Source of the DNA: Octopus vulgaris
Taxonomy: Eukaryota
DNA length: 64,000 nt
Direction of reading: 5' to 3'
Assembly: GCA_951406725.2 (NCBI GenBank)
Contig: OX597814.1
Span: 32,674,001-32,738,000, forward strand
In this document: positions 40,437-52,790 of the stretch, one piece after another
How the letters are laid out: each line of letters starts with the position of its first letter
How positions within the stretch are numbered: position 1 is the first letter of the stretch
The notes under the pieces: model-generated
Told to the model about the DNA's origin: nothing
What the model saw: only the letters and a program-made list of their open reading frames with translations
The model's database searches: none
Made by a program: the position numbers and the translations under genes

Positions 40437-40775
40437 CCCTATCCCTTCCACGTCTCTCTCTCACTCTTTCACGCGCGCACACACATACACGTAGACATGT
40501 ATGTATGTCTATATGCTTGTGGATAGATTTATAGATGTGCAGAATATGCTTGGCAAGAAATTAAACATTTTAGTTAAAATAAAATCTAGTATTTATTTTA
40601 TAAATACACAATGCAAGCAATTTATATATTCCCAATCGGGTATTAAGAGATTTGAGATTTTTCTTTACTTTCATTTGATTTCTGGGATCAAATTCAACCG
40701 AATTTCCCATTACTGCCGCTAATTGTTTCTCTGTCTGTCGATATATGAAAATAAGTGTGAAGTACTGGTTCATAA

Positions 40776-41091
40776 GTGGAGGCACATGGCCTAGTGGTTA
40801 GAGCAGCGGACTTGCGGTCGAGAGATTGCGGGTTCGAATCTCAGACCGGGCGATGTGTGTTTTTATGGGCGAAATACCTAAGCTCCACGCGGCTCCGGTA
40901 GAAGGTAATGGAGAACTTCTTCTGACTCTTTCGCCACAACTTTCTCTCACTCTTTCCTCCTGCATCTTGCAGCTCACCTGCTCACCTGCAACGGACCGGC
41001 ATCCCGTCTAGGTGGGGAACCTATACGGCAAGGAAACCGGGAAAACCGACCCTATGAGCTAGGCGTGGCTCGAGAAAGAACAAACAGCAAC
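40776..41091 (+). mobile_element. Family-C-related SINE, full length
   Basis: tggcctagtggttagagc A-box and ggttcgaatct B-box. TSD actggttcataa at 40764-40775 and 41092-41103. Confidence 0.9.
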
Positions 41092-43011
41092 ACTGGTTCA
41101 TAAAAATCGACTCTTCCGTCGCCTAGGATACTTTGCCTTGAGCATAAGTCAGTAATAAATGCTTAAGGTGTGTGGGAAAAGTATCAGGAACTAATAAGCT
41201 AATATTTGTGCAAAGAAAAAATAGTTTTCATCGAATATCAGTATTTTGTATTGCATACATTCTCCACAGACACTTTCTCTCTCTTTCTCCTCCGTGTTTC
41301 TCTGTATATATATACACACATACACACACACATATGGAGGGAGAACGAGAGAGAGAGAGTGATAAAGAGAGATCGTACGCAATTACAATAACAACCAATT
41401 AGTAATCTGTATACTTACACACACAAACATATATATGTACATATATGGATTTCATACAAACATACTTACACATATGTGCGCGTGAGTGGTAAGTGTGTGT
41501 GTGTTTTTTTGTGTGTGTGTTTGTGTGTGTGTGAATGCGTATGTTTTTTTTTCAGCCCACGCACCGGTACAATAACAGTCAATTAGTAATTTATATAATT
41601 ATAAGATTTTAAATTCTGCTAAATGCTGTGAAATCAAATCAATTGATCAGACATTGAACACAAACGAATTCGTTAGCATCTTTTCACATGGAAGTAAGAA
41701 CAGACCTGCTCTCCAAGATATCTATTATGAACTAAATTCTTTCTCACTTAAATATGTATCGTGATAGTTTTATGTATGATGCAGAGGGAGAAAACGAAAC
41801 TAAGGGATTAAGTCAACTTTAAGTAATTTACTTCGTGTCCTATTATTTATTCATTCAATGGTAATAGTGATACGGCTTCTAATTAAAATTAAAAAAATAG
41901 GATAGGTGTCATAGCATCCTGTAAGCTGGTATGGTTTATTCTCACAAGAGCTCTAATTGATGAAATCTATTATCTAAGGCGTTTTAACAACGATTAACTA
42001 ATCTTCGTTGCAGGATGTTATTACAGAAAAAGACTACTTGTTTTCTTTATGGTAGCATTGGATTTTGAAGGAGGTTTAGTTGTTATTTCTAGTAAGCTAA
42101 CTCACTTCATAAGGACTCGGCTTCCTCTCTGATTTGCCTTCAGATGTTCATATTTGTTATCATCCCATCATCGATTTATTTCAAGAAAAATATATCTCTT
42201 CTGTTTAATATGAAGAACATATGGATAATTTTTATTTGTGGTTGAAGAAATTGGGGATTGAGATTTTTAGACCTTTCTTAAGATAAACAATTATAAAAAA
42301 ACTTTATTATCTACTGTAACCTTCATTATTTATTATTCTGAGAGAGAATGTATGAGATATTTAGCACCTATTTCATGCAGGCCGAGCGACGTGAATATTT
42401 CCTCTTGGTTGAGGAGGTTTCCCAGTGCAGCAGATTGTATTCTTGAGGATGTCATTGTTGGCTAATGTATAAGGCCAAATTATTTTTATCCCTATTGACG
42501 TCATACTCTTACTAACGCAGTAAGTCCAAGGGCCCAGTTCACAACACTGTTTTTCAATTGAGGTACTCGTGAGTATCTCAAGGATGCTTAACTGCATGTT
42601 GCACTTCTTTGCTTCTTTTTTCTTGTAATTCTTTTTATTTATTTATTTATTTATTATTTTTTTTTTTTTGCTTTTTTTTTTGTTTCCTTCACAAATCACA
42701 GAGCTTACTGTTTATCATAAAAGCATGATAATATTTAAAATCCGAAACCAAAATCATTTCGAACGAAAATACCCCATTTCCTACTCTAACATCTATAAAC
42801 ATCATTCCTATTGAGACCCTACCGAAAACTCACATACCTCTGGGGCGCTTCTGTTTGTCGGTGTCTTTATGTACGTGTGTATACCTATGTAACCAAGAGA
42901 TATTTGTGTGAGTATGAGAGATCTGTTTTTGCGTGTAAGAGCATCTGTCTATGTACAAGTTTATGTGTATGTGTGTGTGAGCATGTGGTTATAAGTATCT
43001 GTCGGTGAATC

Positions 43012-43061
<50 letters not shown>

Positions 43062-43399
43062 TGTGTATGAGTGTATGTGTGTTAGAGCAGTTATGCTTGA
43101 TGTGAAAGCTATCGTGTTCGTGTTTCTGTGCGGGCATGAGCTTATAAGTATATAACCATATGTGTGTGAATGTATATTAACTATTTGCATGTGTAGTTAC
43201 ATATGAGTATGCATGTGTGTTTGATAATTTATGCGCGGCTGTGTTCCATTCCATCGATATATTTCAGGAAATATATCGATCTCTTCAAATCAATATACAT
43301 GTGTATGATGTATACAAATGTGCGTATTCGCAAGTGCATGTATACGTGTGTGACCGTTTACCAGTTTGCAGGAATGTCAAGTGCTTAAGAGAATGTGTA

Positions 43400-43660
43400 G
43401 GCGCAGGCATGGCTGTGTGGTAAGAAGCTTGCTTACTTCCAAACTATATGGTTCCAGGTTCAGTCCCATTGCGTGACAACTTGGGCAAGTGTCTTCTACT
43501 GAAGCCGCGGGTCGACCAAAGCCTTGTGAGTGGATTTAGCGGAGTGGAACGCTCTGTGTGTGTGTGGGGGTGCGAGTGTGTGTATGTGCGTGCGTTCGTG
43601 TGTGTGAGTGTGTGTGTGTATGCGTGTGTGTATGTGTGAACGTGTCTATATATAGAGAAT

Positions 43661-43736
<76 letters not shown>

Positions 43737-43958
43737 TGTAAGAGTGTGTGGCTTTGTGTTTATATTTACCCCTCTACTGCTGTACATCTAGTTTTCTTTA
43801 ATTTACTCCCTTGAAACTTTGTGGTTCGGCAAAAGAGCGATGCAATTAATACCAGACTTAAAGAAAAATACTGGGGCAGTTTGTCCGACAAAGCACTTCA
43901 TGGCATTGCCCCAGCATAGCCAAACTCCAATTCCTAAAACAAGTAAATATTAAAAGAA
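43400..43958 (+). mobile_element. Old family-B SINE with expanded internal (TG)/(GATA) tract
   Basis: Head at 43400. Diverged 3' half resumes at ~43750. Confidence 0.75.
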
Positions 43959-44174
43959 AGGATACAATGTAAGTCCAATGACTGAAATATTTGATTCATA
44001 TAAAGAAACGCTCAATCCTCGATTTCTTTTTACATTCTTTTTTATGCATAGTTTATTTAGGAATACCTTAACTGTCAATTTTCAACACTATAGGATGTGG
44101 TTTAGAATAAATTTCGCGGCCATTACTAGTTGATTTACTTGTAATCTCAAGATAATATATACAGTGCGGTAATT

Positions 44175-45250
44175 GTTTCTAGCTTTGGCATAAGGAGCAG
44201 TAATTTTGATGTGACATACTTGACTAGTACTTTATCTTATAGACCTGAAAGGATGAAAGGCAAACTCAACCGCGGCAGATTTTTAACCCACTGCGTAAAG
44301 ACCGGAAAAAAACCGCCAAGCATGTTTTCCGGTGCGCTAAATTTTCTTATTTCTGTACTGCCCACAAGGGGCTACTCACAGAGGAAACAAACAAGGAGAG
44401 ACAAACGGATTAAGTCGATTATATCGAGCCCAGTGCATAACTGGTACTCATTTAATCAACCCCGAAAGGATGAAAGGCAAAGTCGACCTCGGCGGAATGT
44501 GAACCCAGAACGTAACGGCAGACGAAATACCTATTTCTCTACTACCCACAAAGAGCTAAATACAGAGGGGGCAAACAAGGACAGGAAAAGGTATTAAGTC
44601 GATTACATCGACCCCAGTGCGTAACTGGTACTTAATTTATCGACCCCGAAAGGATGAAAGGCAAAGTCGACCTCGACGGAATTTGAACTCAGAACGTAAC
44701 GGCAGACGAAATACCCCTAAGCATTTCGCCCGGTGTGCTAACGTTTCTGACATCTCGCCGCCTTGCTAAATTTTGCGGGCGCTAAATTTTCTGCCAGCTC
44801 AACAACTTCAGTATTGTAATGGGCAGAGTACCAGCAAATTCGGGGAAGGAGATAGGTCGATGTAATCGACCTCCCACAGCATAATTGGTATATATTTTAT
44901 CGACCTCCGAAGGGATGAGAGGGAAAGTCGATCTCGGTGTCATTTGAACTCAGAACGCGAAGAAGGACGAAATGCTGCTAAACATTTTACCCAGTCTGCT
45001 AACGATTTTGCCAGCTCGCCGCCTTCAGTACAGTAATCCTTTCTACTGGAGGTACAAGGCCTCAGATTTGTGGGGTTGGGACTAGTCGATTATATCGACC
45101 ACAGTGTTTCACTGGTGTTTATTTTATCGACACCTAAGGGATGGAAGGCAAAGTCGACCTCGGCGGAATCTCAACTCTGAACGTAGCGACTGGCGAAAAG
45201 CCGCAAAGCATTTCGTCCAGCGCTCTAATAATTCCGCCAGCTCGCTGCCT
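44175..45250 (-). mobile_element. Tandem and nested array of about five family-A SINE units
   Basis: Repeated reverse-complement cores. Similar flank tcagta..gtaat near 44806, 45023 and 45253. Confidence 0.88.
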
Positions 45251-45288
45251 TCCCTCAGTATAGTAATAATAGTGACCTGTCTATCTCA

Positions 45289-45351
<63 letters not shown>

Positions 45352-45886
45352 CGTGCGTGTGTGTATGTGTCTGTGTGTCTACTTACCAGAGGATATGAAT
45401 GTTTGTGGATGAATGTGTCATATGAATGTATTTGTAGATTGATGTATAAATGTGTATATGTGCTGCATGTACGTGTGAATTGTTGTAAGTATTTGGATGT
45501 GTGAACTTGTGTCTATCTGTATAATATATCTGTATATTTTGTGCATTTCATGTGTATGTACGCGAATGTGTATGAAAATACGTGTGTGCACATGTGTGAA
45601 TGTTTATCAGCAGTAGGAGTGGATGGGTAACTACGAACAGGGCCGGATTAAGGGCAGTTGATGCTCGAAGCACAACTCAACAAAGCTTCCCTCTCAACAT
45701 TTTCATTGTTTATCTGACAAGACATTAAGCCACAATAAGTGTTGGATGTGAAATAATAGATTAAAAATTCAAATTTCTTCCAGAGGCCATCCCCCCAGGT
45801 TAGACTCCACGGCTATATTAATCATAACCTGATTATAATTTTATCTATTTCACAGAAAACAGCAGTAATATAAACAGAAGACTTAC

Positions 45887-45899
45887 CTCGTATTTGTAA
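45887..45899 (-). other. Candidate 13-nt micro-exon on the minus strand
   Basis: ttcttctttgttgccctag|ttacaaatacgag|gtaagt. Confidence 0.3.
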
Positions 45900-46125
45900 C
45901 TAGGGCAACAAAGAAGAATGCAAATTTTCAACACCTTTTTTATTTATTTCCTTAAAAGACTGTGGGAGCTTTAATTTCGCTGCACAATATGCATCAAGGT
46001 AAAATACGCACTGGAGAACCCTGCAGTGTCCCCTTCTATCGTTACCTTAAGCAGGGATTTATTTTGTTCAATGCTTAATCCAGTTTTGACAGTGAAAAGA
46101 AGAGACCAGAATAAGAAATAATCAC

Positions 46126-46168
<43 letters not shown>

Positions 46169-46559
46169 CAGACAGAGACAGACAGACAGAGAGAGACGTG
46201 GGAAATGTAACAGAGAGGCCGCTATATATGTGTGTATGTGCGTGTGTATGAGTAAGTATAATAGATCGCCGCACATGAGCTTAGGTAATGCATTGTATCT
46301 TCATTTAAACGAGAATAATTAACACTCAGAGTGCACAATTATTCGAAATGATATAGGTACTATGAGATGGCGTCTATGTGAGATAAGGAAAAATCGACCT
46401 CAGATACATCAAATACATAAAATATTTACCACAAGTTGCCCAGTGCGACAGTTTCGGTGATAATTCACTTCGTCAGCTGCTGTTGCATTGAAGTTACTCG
46501 CTTATACACACACACAATATATATATATATATATATAGCAGTTACCTACATATTACTTA

Positions 46560-46775
46560 TAAAACACAATATTTTATTTTCATATCAGCCAATTAACAAA
46601 TAGATCTCATACCAGAAGGTGAGAAAACCTCGGCAATCATCAGAAAAAACTGAGATGTTAGTATGGCCTTACTATTCCTATCAGCCTTTTCCGATGATTA
46701 CCAGCGTTTTCTCAACTCCTAGTAGGAAATCAACTAGTAAATTGGCTGATATAAGAATGTAATATTTTGTTATAC
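46560..46775. repeat. Long imperfect foldback (MITE-like)
   Basis: atatcagccaatt (46582) / aattggctgatat (46740), gagaaaac/gttttctc, aatcatc/gatgatt, tagta/tacta, centred at ~46665. Confidence 0.8.
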
Positions 46776-48132
46776 AAATAACATATTTATGTCTGTGTAT
46801 TTACTAAGCCGACGAGCTGGTAGAATCGTTAAGGCGCCGGGTAAAATACTTTGCAGCACTTAGTCGGTCTTCCCTTTCTCAGTTCAAATTCCGCCGAGGT
46901 CGACTTTTTCTTTCGGGGTCGATAACAAGCCTACCAGTTGAGTACTGCGGTATACGTAATCGATTTAATCCCTCCCCAAAATTGTTGGCTCTATACCAAA
47001 ATTTGAAATCAACATATATATATTAGTGTACTTACGTCTGAATGAAAATATAATGGCATGTCTGTACGTATGCGTATTAATCACTATTGTGGCATTAATA
47101 TCAAGGAAAATTTTATTAGAATGCATAAAGCATTAATTAGAATGGAATTTAAAAATTGAAACGAAACGAAACAGTTGTTATTGCCGTTTTTTTTTTTCTT
47201 TTCCTTAGCTCTTGCTGCTCTGTAATAACAGGCTGCTTTTAGTCAGATGTATTTTTCTTTTATTTTGTATAAAACTTTTCCTATTTAACAGACTGCTGCT
47301 GTTGCTGTACGATTTGGATAAACTTTGCCATCATCATAGTTTCTTAACTCTAGTAGACTTGTTGTGCGTCTAATTTTCATGTTGCGTTTCTTATTTCTGT
47401 TCTTCTTGCTGTTGCTGTTGTTGTTAGTTGTGGCTGTTGTTGTTTATCGTTGGTGTGTTTGGTTGTTTTTCTTTTCAACGTGCAAAAACTTCTGTCTTCG
47501 TGTGAGGTCTGTTGCCCGTTTTCCTGCCGTTGGGCAAATGACATGAGAGAGGATAGATACTATTAAGCAAATGAATAGTTGTATAATTGAAGCTATACCC
47601 TAGGATATCAGTCATAAAACGAGCTAGCTGTTTATATTCTATAGAAAAAAAATCTTGTAAAAGAAAAACGACAATAAATTAACAAACAAAAACATTAATA
47701 TAAACAAACGGCAGCAAAAATTGTATTGGAGACCATGTTGTTGGTAATCAAAACCTTATAGGACTAATTCAAATTTAGAGAATTTAAGAAAAAAATATAC
47801 ATAGAAAAGAGAACCCAAATAAATAATATTGCAGGCAAGTGGTGGGGGGGGGGGAGAAAAGAGAATGAATTCAAAGCAATTTTGTGAATTGTTAAATTAT
47901 TAAATTTTAAAACTAATATTACACGCGCTCATACACACACACACACACAAACACACACATGTATATATAGATATACACATACACACACACATATATGTAT
48001 GTATATATATATGTGTGTGTCTGTGTGTGTGTTTGTACACAAATATATATTAATATGTGCATATATGTGTATATATATGTATGTGCGTATTATTACATGA
48101 TATATATATATATATGTGTGTGTATATATGTA

Positions 48133-48169
<37 letters not shown>

Positions 48170-48581
48170 GTATGTATATATATATATAATCACACACACA
48201 AGTACACATACACATGCACACACACACACACACACACGCACCTACGAACGGTGTTACAAAATCTGGTCAAGTCAATTGTTGGCAAGACGTAAACAGCAAA
48301 TGTACATAACCTATATACAGAAGCAGGAAGTCACACACCTACATATTTCGCCATTTATACATTACACGCACTCACACATATCCATAATTCATATACACAT
48401 AAATACATGCATTATACTATTCATATGCACACTCACACTTACACATAACTACACATGCAATGAACAATGAATTTTCAGAAAATTTCAATTTCTTTTGGTT
48501 TCTTGATATATTATTGATTTCTATTTATTATTATTATTATTATTATTGTTATTATTATTATTATTATTGTTGTTGTTGTTG

Positions 48582-48621
<40 letters not shown>

Positions 48622-48657
48622 CATTATTATTATTATTATTATTGGTGTTGTTGTTAA

Positions 48658-49428
48658 GGCGGCGAGCTGGCGGAAACATTAGCACGCCGGGCGAAAGGTT
48701 TAGCGGTATTTCGTCTGCGTTACGTTGTGAGTTCAAATTCCGCCGCGGTCGACTTTGCCTTTCATCCTTTCGGGGTCGATAAATTAAGTACCAGTTACGC
48801 ACTGGGGTCGATGTAATCGACTTAATACCTATGTCTGTCCTTGTTTGTCCCCTCTGTGTTTAGCCCCTTGTGGGTAGTAAAGAAATAGGTATTTCGTCTG
48901 TGTTTACGTCCTGAGTTCAAATTCCGCCGAGGTCGACTTTGTCTTTCATCCTTTCGGGGTTGATTAAATAAGTATCAGTTACGCACAGGGCTCGACGTAA
49001 TCGACTAGCCCCTTCTCCCCTCCAAAAAATTGTTTTCAAGGCCTTGTACCTATAATAGAAGTAATAAAAGCGGCGAGCTGGCAGAAACGTTAGCACGCCG
49101 GGCGAAATGCTTAGCAATATTTCGTCTGCCGCTACGTTCTGAGTTCAAATTTTGCCGAGGTCGACTTTGCCTTTCATCCTTTCGGGGTCGATTTAATAAG
49201 TACCAGTTAATCGCTGGGGTTGGTGTAACCGATTAGACTCCACCCCGTAAATTTCAAGCCTTGTGCCTATAGCAGAAAGGATTACTACTACTACTACGAC
49301 TACGACTACTACTGCTACTACTCTTGTTAAGGCGGCGAGCTGGCAGAAACGTTAGCACGCCGGGCGAAATGCGTAGCCGTATTTCGTCTGCCTTAACGTT
49401 CTGAGTTCAAATTCCGCCGAGGTCGATT
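48658..49428 (+). mobile_element. Tandem array of four family-A SINE units
   Basis: Heads at 48658, ~49070 and ~49331, plus a headless unit from 48889. Confidence 0.92.
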
Positions 49429-50515
49429 TTGTTTTGATTTATTTCATTGTTGGATATAACAGGTTAAAATGGATTTATTACTTACTTTGTTGTTCATTTT
49501 CTAAATATTGTCCTCGTAGAAGTTTTGAAAGACAAAGAGAACCCAAATGATATTTAAGCAATAAATGGCATATAAGATTAGAGATATCAAGAAAGGCAAT
49601 GGTTTCAAGAATCTTAAAGCTGTGGAGGAATAGTGAGGCCATACTAACACTCAGTTTTTTTTTTTTTTCTGATGATTGCCGAGGTTTCTCAACTTCTGGT
49701 TTGAAATCTATTGGTCGAGAACAGTATCTTACGTGTATTCATTTCGCTAGCTTTGAATGTTTGGAATTCAAAATTGACCAGAATAGGATTTTAAATTTTC
49801 AACACACACAGAGGTAATTAAATTCTGTTATAACTCCCAGTCGAAAACCCTGTCTATTAATGTATCTATTATCCATAAACATGATATTTCAGGGTACGTC
49901 TACCAAGGTCATTCATTTTGCTAGAAATGTTAGTCAAAATGCCTTTAAATTACCCGCTCTAGCTTGTTTTGAAACAGAAAAAAAAACACCTTTAATAACA
50001 TAGTTGAAAATATTCTTTAGTAGAATCAAAGATGACATGATCATAGATCGAAGCATTTTACCAATGATATACCTTCATAAGACTGATTTAGAGTTGAACA
50101 GAAATAACATAAATGTGTCTGATTTAGGCCTAAGGCTGCAATTTTGAGCGCAGCGTGTGAGCTGACCCCAATATTTGTCTGGTACTTTATTTTATCGGAT
50201 CCGCAAGCATAAAAATACAGACGACCTCGGATGGATTTGAACTGAGAACGCAAAAGGACGGAATAAATCCTCCAAAGCAATTTTTCAGACACTCAGCCGA
50301 TACTGCCAGGGCACCTCCCAACTACAACAATAAAATAGTATTTGCTTCTAACATTGTCAAAAGTGTATATACACGCGGATTGACGAAATAGTCGATTAAA
50401 TCAATGTTAGTACTTGGTGCTTCCTTATTTTGTTGACACCGAAATGATGAAAGACAATGCCGTCACTCACAAAATTTGAAGATAAAAACACGTCATTAAA
50501 TAATTCTCTGTTATA

Positions 50516-50671
50516 GGCGAAGGAGTGGCAGTGTGGTAAGTAGCTTGCTTACGAATCACATTGTTCATTCCCACTGCGTGGCACCTTGGGCAAATGTCTT
50601 CTACTATAGCCACGGGCCGACCAAAGCCTTGTGAGTGGATTTGGTAGACGGAAACTGAAAGAAGCTCGTCG

Positions 50672-50732
<61 letters not shown>

Positions 50733-50940
50733 TTGTGTGTCTGTGTTTATCCCCCAGCATCACTTCACAACCGATGGTGGTGTGTTTATGTCCCTGTAAC
50801 TTAGCGGTTCACCAAAAAAGTCCGATAGAATAAGTCCTAGGCTTCCAAAGAGTAAGTCCTGGGGTTGATTTGCTTGACCAAAGGTGGTACTCTAGCGTGG
50901 CCGCAGTAAAATAACTGAAACAAGTAAAAGACTAAAAGAG
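50516..50940 (+). mobile_element. Family-B SINE, full length
   Basis: Head, internal (TA)n(TG)n and taaaagac tail. Confidence 0.9.
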
Positions 50941-51137
50941 ATCTGCCACATAAACAATCATATTTATTTGTAACTGAGGCATAAGCTGGCAAATATTGTG
51001 AATTCGAAATGTAATGATTTGTATTACATGATGAAACAATGGAGGAGGAAAGATCTTCTTTAGTACTTGGTTCTACAATGCTTTCCAATGTGTGTAGTAG
51101 TGGCGCGCGCACACATTATTAGCCATTTGAAAAGACT

Positions 51138-52790
51138 ATGGAATTTACAATTAACTGCACCAGGGTTCCTCTTCCCCAGGGAACCAGACCTAATGGTATA
51201 CCTGCGGATGTAGGTCCAGCCCCTGCTTTGCCGGGTCCTGTCTCTGATCATGTTGCACCTCCAAAGGCATCCATTGACGGTGATGCCCTCAATCTTAACA
51301 GACGGGTATCACCTGATGGAGAAGAGTCAGCCCCCAACCAAACAACACCAAACAAACACCTCATCAGCTGTAAAAATCATACGATACTCAGCACCCTCAA
51401 TGCCCGCACCCTCGGCTCTCTTGGCCGTCTAGAAGAACTTGGTGCAAATGCAGAATCACATGGCATTGATATAATAGCTGTCCAAGAACACCGATTTTAC
51501 CACCCTGACAACATCCTCAAATACCATCAAGTCAGTTCTTATCAACTTGTAACCTCCTCAGCATCAAAGAATACTGTTAATTCAACAGTTGGAGGTATCG
51601 GATTTCTACTTTCATCAAGGGCTAGTGATACTCTCTTGAGTATAGAGTCAATCTCACCTAGAATTATGGTGCTTGAGATAGATGGAAACCCAAAAACAAC
51701 ATTGGTATGTGTGTATAGCCCACATAATTCGTCTGTGGCAGACGAAATTGAAAATTTCTATACAACCCTTCGTTCAACCATTGAGCAAGTACCGCTCCAT
51801 AATTTTCTGGTTATAGCTGGTGATCTGAATGCTAGACTAGGACCCGATGAGACCAAGTTTACTTTCAACTCTAAAACCAATCGGAACGGAGAAATGCTCA
51901 AAGACTTCTTGGAGGAATTTAATCTCTACACCTCCAACAATTCTTTTATGAAACCAAAAGGTCAACTTTGGACATTTGAGTCCCCACTTGGTGATAGGGC
52001 ACAAATTGACTACCTCATCTTTCGAAAGAAATGGCGCAATAGTGTTAAGGACTCGAGATCCTACTCTTCCTTTAGTTCTGTCGGCTCTGACCACAGAATT
52101 GTATCAGCTACCGTTAAGCTTAGTCTTCGCTCATCCAAAAAAACTAAGCCTCACCCGATCAAAATGATCGACTGGGAGAAAGTCTTATCTAACCCCGATA
52201 TGTCCAAACAATTTACTATTGAGGTCTATAACAAATTTCAATCTCTGTCTACTTCTGAAATAGATGCTGAGAACATTGAGGAAGTATACAGCAGCCTCAT
52301 CAAATCAACAGAGGAAGTTGCACTGGCTACTCTTCCCAAAAGGAAGAGTAGGGGCCAGAGCAAACCTTCTAATTCCCCAAATGTCATCGAAGCCAGAAAC
52401 CATCTAAAGTCTATATCACTAGCTTACCACCGTTCTCCATCCCAGTCACTGAAGATCCAACTCATAGCTGCCAGGAAGAATCTTGATGAGGCTTACTTGA
52501 ACGCCGAGGTCGAATTTATCAATGGCAAAATTAGTAAACTATCGAAAGAGCACATTAGTAAAAAACACCATCTCGCCTGGAAATCCATCAAAGACCTATC
52601 AGGCAAAAATTCTGGGTCATCAATTAGAATTAAAGGGGGATCAGCTAAGAAGCGTTTAGAAAATTGGTCAACCCATTTTAAAAACCTCCTTGGGAAGAAT
52701 GCCAAAATCCCTGATAACCCCACTCTCCCAAGTGTGCCTATATCAGACACGCTGGACATCAACACCTCCCTTTTACCATATTTGAACTAA
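51138..52790 (+). CDS. LINE ORF 5' part: apurinic-like (APE) endonuclease and linker
   Basis: Motifs LNARTL, DIIAVQEHR, VYSPH, GDLNARLG, NRNGE, QIDY and SDH. Frame is lost at ccctttt 52768-52774. Confidence 0.93.
   Translation: MEFTINCTRVPLPQGTRPNGIPADVGPAPALPGPVSDHVAPPKASIDGDALNLNRRVSPDGEESAPNQTTPNKHLISCKNHTILSTLNARTLGSLGRLEELGANAESHGIDIIAVQEHRFYHPDNILKYHQVSSYQLVTSSASKNTVNSTVGGIGFLLSSRASDTLLSIESISPRIMVLEIDGNPKTTLVCVYSPHNSSVADEIENFYTTLRSTIEQVPLHNFLVIAGDLNARLGPDETKFTFNSKTNRNGEMLKDFLEEFNLYTSNNSFMKPKGQLWTFESPLGDRAQIDYLIFRKKWRNSVKDSRSYSSFSSVGSDHRIVSATVKLSLRSSKKTKPHPIKMIDWEKVLSNPDMSKQFTIEVYNKFQSLSTSEIDAENIEEVYSSLIKSTEEVALATLPKRKSRGQSKPSNSPNVIEARNHLKSISLAYHRSPSQSLKIQLIAARKNLDEAYLNAEVEFINGKISKLSKEHISKKHHLAWKSIKDLSGKNSGSSIRIKGGSAKKRLENWSTHFKNLLGKNAKIPDNPTLPSVPISDTLDINTSLLPYLN

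Noticed and set aside
40778-40850. tRNA-like sequences at SINE heads (also 21004, 22380-22452)
   Set aside because: A/B boxes run straight into SINE bodies with TSDs, and the acceptor stem is incomplete.
45638-45680. cagggccggattaagg, resembling a hAT-type terminus
   Set aside because: No matching opposite end or TSD found.
47377-47544. 55-aa minus ORF MSFAQRQENGQQ... overlapping (ATGA) a 31-aa ORF, and nearby ttgccc/gggcaa hairpin
   Set aside because: CAA-rich low-complexity sequence. Size is expected by chance, and the hairpin is too short for a pre-miRNA.
52760-52790. Programmed -1 frameshift in the LINE
   Set aside because: In-frame codons tcc ctt tta do not form an X XXY YYZ slippery heptamer. 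RTE APE-RT is normally one ORF.
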